From positions 4,696 through 68,695 of the forward strand of contig SCRJ01000117.1 of NCBI GenBank assembly GCA_004298115.1: 64,000 bases of DNA, given 5' to 3'. Of the stretch, positions 62,249-64,000 are shown piece after piece (within the stretch, counting starts at the first letter, position 1; each line of letters opens with the position of its first letter). The DNA is from Acidobacteriota bacterium (GTDB lineage: Bacteria > Acidobacteriota > Thermoanaerobaculia > Thermoanaerobaculales > Thermoanaerobaculaceae). A program made the position numbers and the translations under genes. Under the pieces are notes generated by a model that saw only the letters and a program-made list of their open reading frames with translations, did not search any database and had not been told where the DNA came from.

Positions 62249-62466
62249 GGCACGACGGCGGGGTCCTGTTCGACGTTCAAAGCACGGTCATTGCGAGGAG
62301 GACGAGCGGAGCGAGGACGACGAAGCAATCTCGATCGTCCTGCTTGGGCCGGGCAAACCTGTCGACCTCGAGATTGCCACGGTTCCCTCGCTGCGCTCGG
62401 GAACCTCGCAATGACACGCTTCGTGGGGCCGCGAGAACAGCGGCGGCGCGCCCCACAGGTCGTGCC
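62249..62466. repeat. second cluster of the GTCATTGCGAG...CGAAGCAATCTCG palindromic repeat (one forward plus one inverted unit, outer 8-bp IR)
   Basis: Forward unit at 62286-62333 and inverted unit at 62367-62415. Shares the exact 16-mer ccctcgctgcgctcgg with cluster 1. Outer IR ggcacgac/gtcgtgcc at 62249-62256 / 62459-62466. Confidence 0.85.
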
Positions 62467-62530
62467 CCACAACAAGGATCGTGTCGGGCGCCCTCGCCCG
62501 CCCGGCGGGGGCCGAGGACAGGAGGCTGCC

Positions 62531-63616
62531 TCAGAACACCACGTAGGCGCCGTTGCGGATGATGCGCGTCTTGACGCCGTCGGTGCGGACGGCGACCGCC
62601 TCGGCCACCTGGATCGGGTTCCCCTTCGCGTAGACGATGTCCTGGTGGACGACGGTCTCGGGCTGGATGAACGCCTTGACCCCGATCGCGCCGCCGAGGT
62701 GGTCGGAGCGGCCGTACGCCCAGTGGAACCCGGCCTTCTCGTCCTCGAGCACGTTGCCGGTGACCTGCGCCCAGTCGTTGCAGCCGAACGCGACCTCGGC
62801 GATGTTGGTGCGGGCGGGGTCGGCCGCGAAGAACGCCCGCATGGCGCGGGCCCTCTCGCCGTTGCCGTCCACCTTGACGATGCGGTTGGCCTCGACCAGC
62901 AGCGAGATCAGCTCCTGGCCCTCGCGCACCGGGATCGTTCCGGCCGTCTGCGACTGCTGGCCGGGCTGCTCGCCCTCGTACGGCACGATGAACGTCTCGC
63001 CCGAGGGCAGGTTGATCACGCGGTCGCCGGCCTTGCCGCGCGGCAGGAAGCCGTCGTCCATCTCGGCCGTGCGGAAGCGCAGGTCGAAGCTGCAGCGGTG
63101 CCCGGTCGAGAACGCCACCTCGAGGCTCGTCGCGTTCTTGAGCGCCTCGTAGAGGATCTTGCAGCGCCGGGCCACCTGATGGTAGTCGGCGGCGAGCGAG
63201 GTCTGCTCCATGCGCTTTGCGACGCCGGGCATCGAGGCGGCGCGGAAGTCCGCCTTCTCGGCGCACAGCCCGTCGAGCGCCGCGGTCGCCGAGTACTCCG
63301 TGAGGAACACGGCCAGCGTGCTCTCGAGCAGCGTCTCCCGGATCGGGGCGGGCTTGCCGGCCATCGCGCCGGTGTCGGGGAGCTGGGCGCCGTTGGCGCC
63401 GGTCGCGGGGAACGTGAGCATCGGCCGCGTGGTGAAGTGGCGGCCGCGGCCGAGCGCGGTGAACGCCCGCTGCCAATCACCCGCCATCGCCCGCCGCTCC
63501 CGCCACGCCTCGTTGTCCTCGCCGAGGGAGCGGGGCATGTCGCACGCGACCGTCACGACCTCGTCGGGCTGCGGGTCGAAGACGTCGGTGAGGAGCTTGA
63601 TGAGGTCGAACGCCAT
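62531..63616 (-). CDS. M29 (aminopeptidase T/AmpS)-like protein, divergent
   Basis: INLPSGETFIVP, IAEVAFGCND and LEDEKAGFHWAYGRS resemble the M29 motifs N.P.GE.F..P / lGE.a.G.N / DEK..H.A.G. The assignment is tentative. Confidence 0.45.
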   Translation of the reverse strand: MAFDLIKLLTDVFDPQPDEVVTVACDMPRSLGEDNEAWRERRAMAGDWQRAFTALGRGRHFTTRPMLTFPATGANGAQLPDTGAMAGKPAPIRETLLESTLAVFLTEYSATAALDGLCAEKADFRAASMPGVAKRMEQTSLAADYHQVARRCKILYEALKNATSLEVAFSTGHRCSFDLRFRTAEMDDGFLPRGKAGDRVINLPSGETFIVPYEGEQPGQQSQTAGTIPVREGQELISLLVEANRIVKVDGNGERARAMRAFFAADPARTNIAEVAFGCNDWAQVTGNVLEDEKAGFHWAYGRSDHLGGAIGVKAFIQPETVVHQDIVYAKGNPIQVAEAVAVRTDGVKTRIIRNGAYVVF

Positions 63617-63672
63617 GAAACCTCCGCGGTTCTAGCCGACCCAGCCTAGCACCGCCCGGCGGGCCGGTCGCA

Positions 63673-64000
63673 TCAGGAGCGCGCCGGCAGTCCGACCGGG
63701 CCGAGCGCAGGCAGCGACCAGGGCTCGTCCGGGTAACGCACCGCCTCCAGGAATAGTCCCGCGGCCGGGGCGGCCAGCGGCGGCGCGGGCGCCTTGCCGG
63801 CGAGCCAGCGCGAGACGTCGGCGGCGGGCGCCTCGCCGCGGCCGACCGTGACCAGCGCCCCGACCATCCGGCGCACCTGGTTCCACAGGAAGTGGCTGGC
63901 GACGAAGCGCAGCAGCACGCAGGAGGGGGCGGCCGCAACCTCGATCCCCTCGACCTCGACGAGCGTGCTCTCGGCTTCGCCCGCGCGCTTGGCGAAGGCG
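63673..64000 (-). CDS. truA: tRNA pseudouridine(38-40) synthase TruA, C-terminal part (gene continues past window end)
   Basis: The frame stays open to position 64000. FVASHFLWNQVRRMVGALVTVGRGE matches the TruA motif (F)L..QVR.MVG.L..VG.G. Confidence 0.7.
   Translation of the reverse strand, partial: AFAKRAGEAESTLVEVEGIEVAAAPSCVLLRFVASHFLWNQVRRMVGALVTVGRGEAPAADVSRWLAGKAPAPPLAAPAAGLFLEAVRYPDEPWSLPALGPVGLPARS

Overview
About 64 kb of a very GC-rich bacterial chromosome (roughly 70% or more by eye). I cannot assign a lineage, but the contiguous bacillithiol genes, dual b/b' ATP-synthase stators and BNR/TPR/DUF1573 secreted proteins suggest an environmental Acidobacteriota- or Myxococcota-like organism.

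I support about 56 CDS, one tRNA-Leu(GAG), one cobalamin riboswitch and several hairpin terminators. I see no transposase, integrase, phage genes, CRISPR array or cas genes.

Housekeeping backbone:
- atpF'-atpF-atpH-atpA-atpG-atpD-atpC
- gap-pgk-tpiA-secG-tRNA-Leu
- mtnA-tsaD, lepA-lepB and mpl-pgpA

Accessory modules:
- Zn-ribbon/LemA/M48 protease operon
- ECF sigma/anti-sigma/LTXXQ periplasmic module next to ferritin
- ChlI-like AAA+/VWA/HAMP-PP2C trio
- B12-riboswitch-controlled TonB receptor
- PLD-type cardiolipin synthase and a large multi-PAS hybrid histidine kinase
- contiguous bshC-bshB1-bshA operon
- DksA-zinc-finger::PP2C fusion downstream of two tandem paralogous secreted proteins with no domain I recognise
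- five-gene overlapping type III PKS phenolic-lipid operon with an RMD-like TPR protein and an O-methyltransferase
- two paralogous amino-acid permeases flanking a 1033-aa BNR/Asp-box protein

The most unusual signals are non-coding.
- A family of tandem heptanucleotide arrays, (CACGGAC)n or (CGGACCC)n, sits within about 60 nt of start or stop codons at four loci. One copy is bracketed by a perfect 13-bp direct duplication that includes a stop codon.
- Clusters of nested palindromic 'GTCATTGCGAG...CGAAGCAATCTCG' repeats lie downstream of both permease genes.

All functional calls rest on motif recognition by eye. No database search was run.
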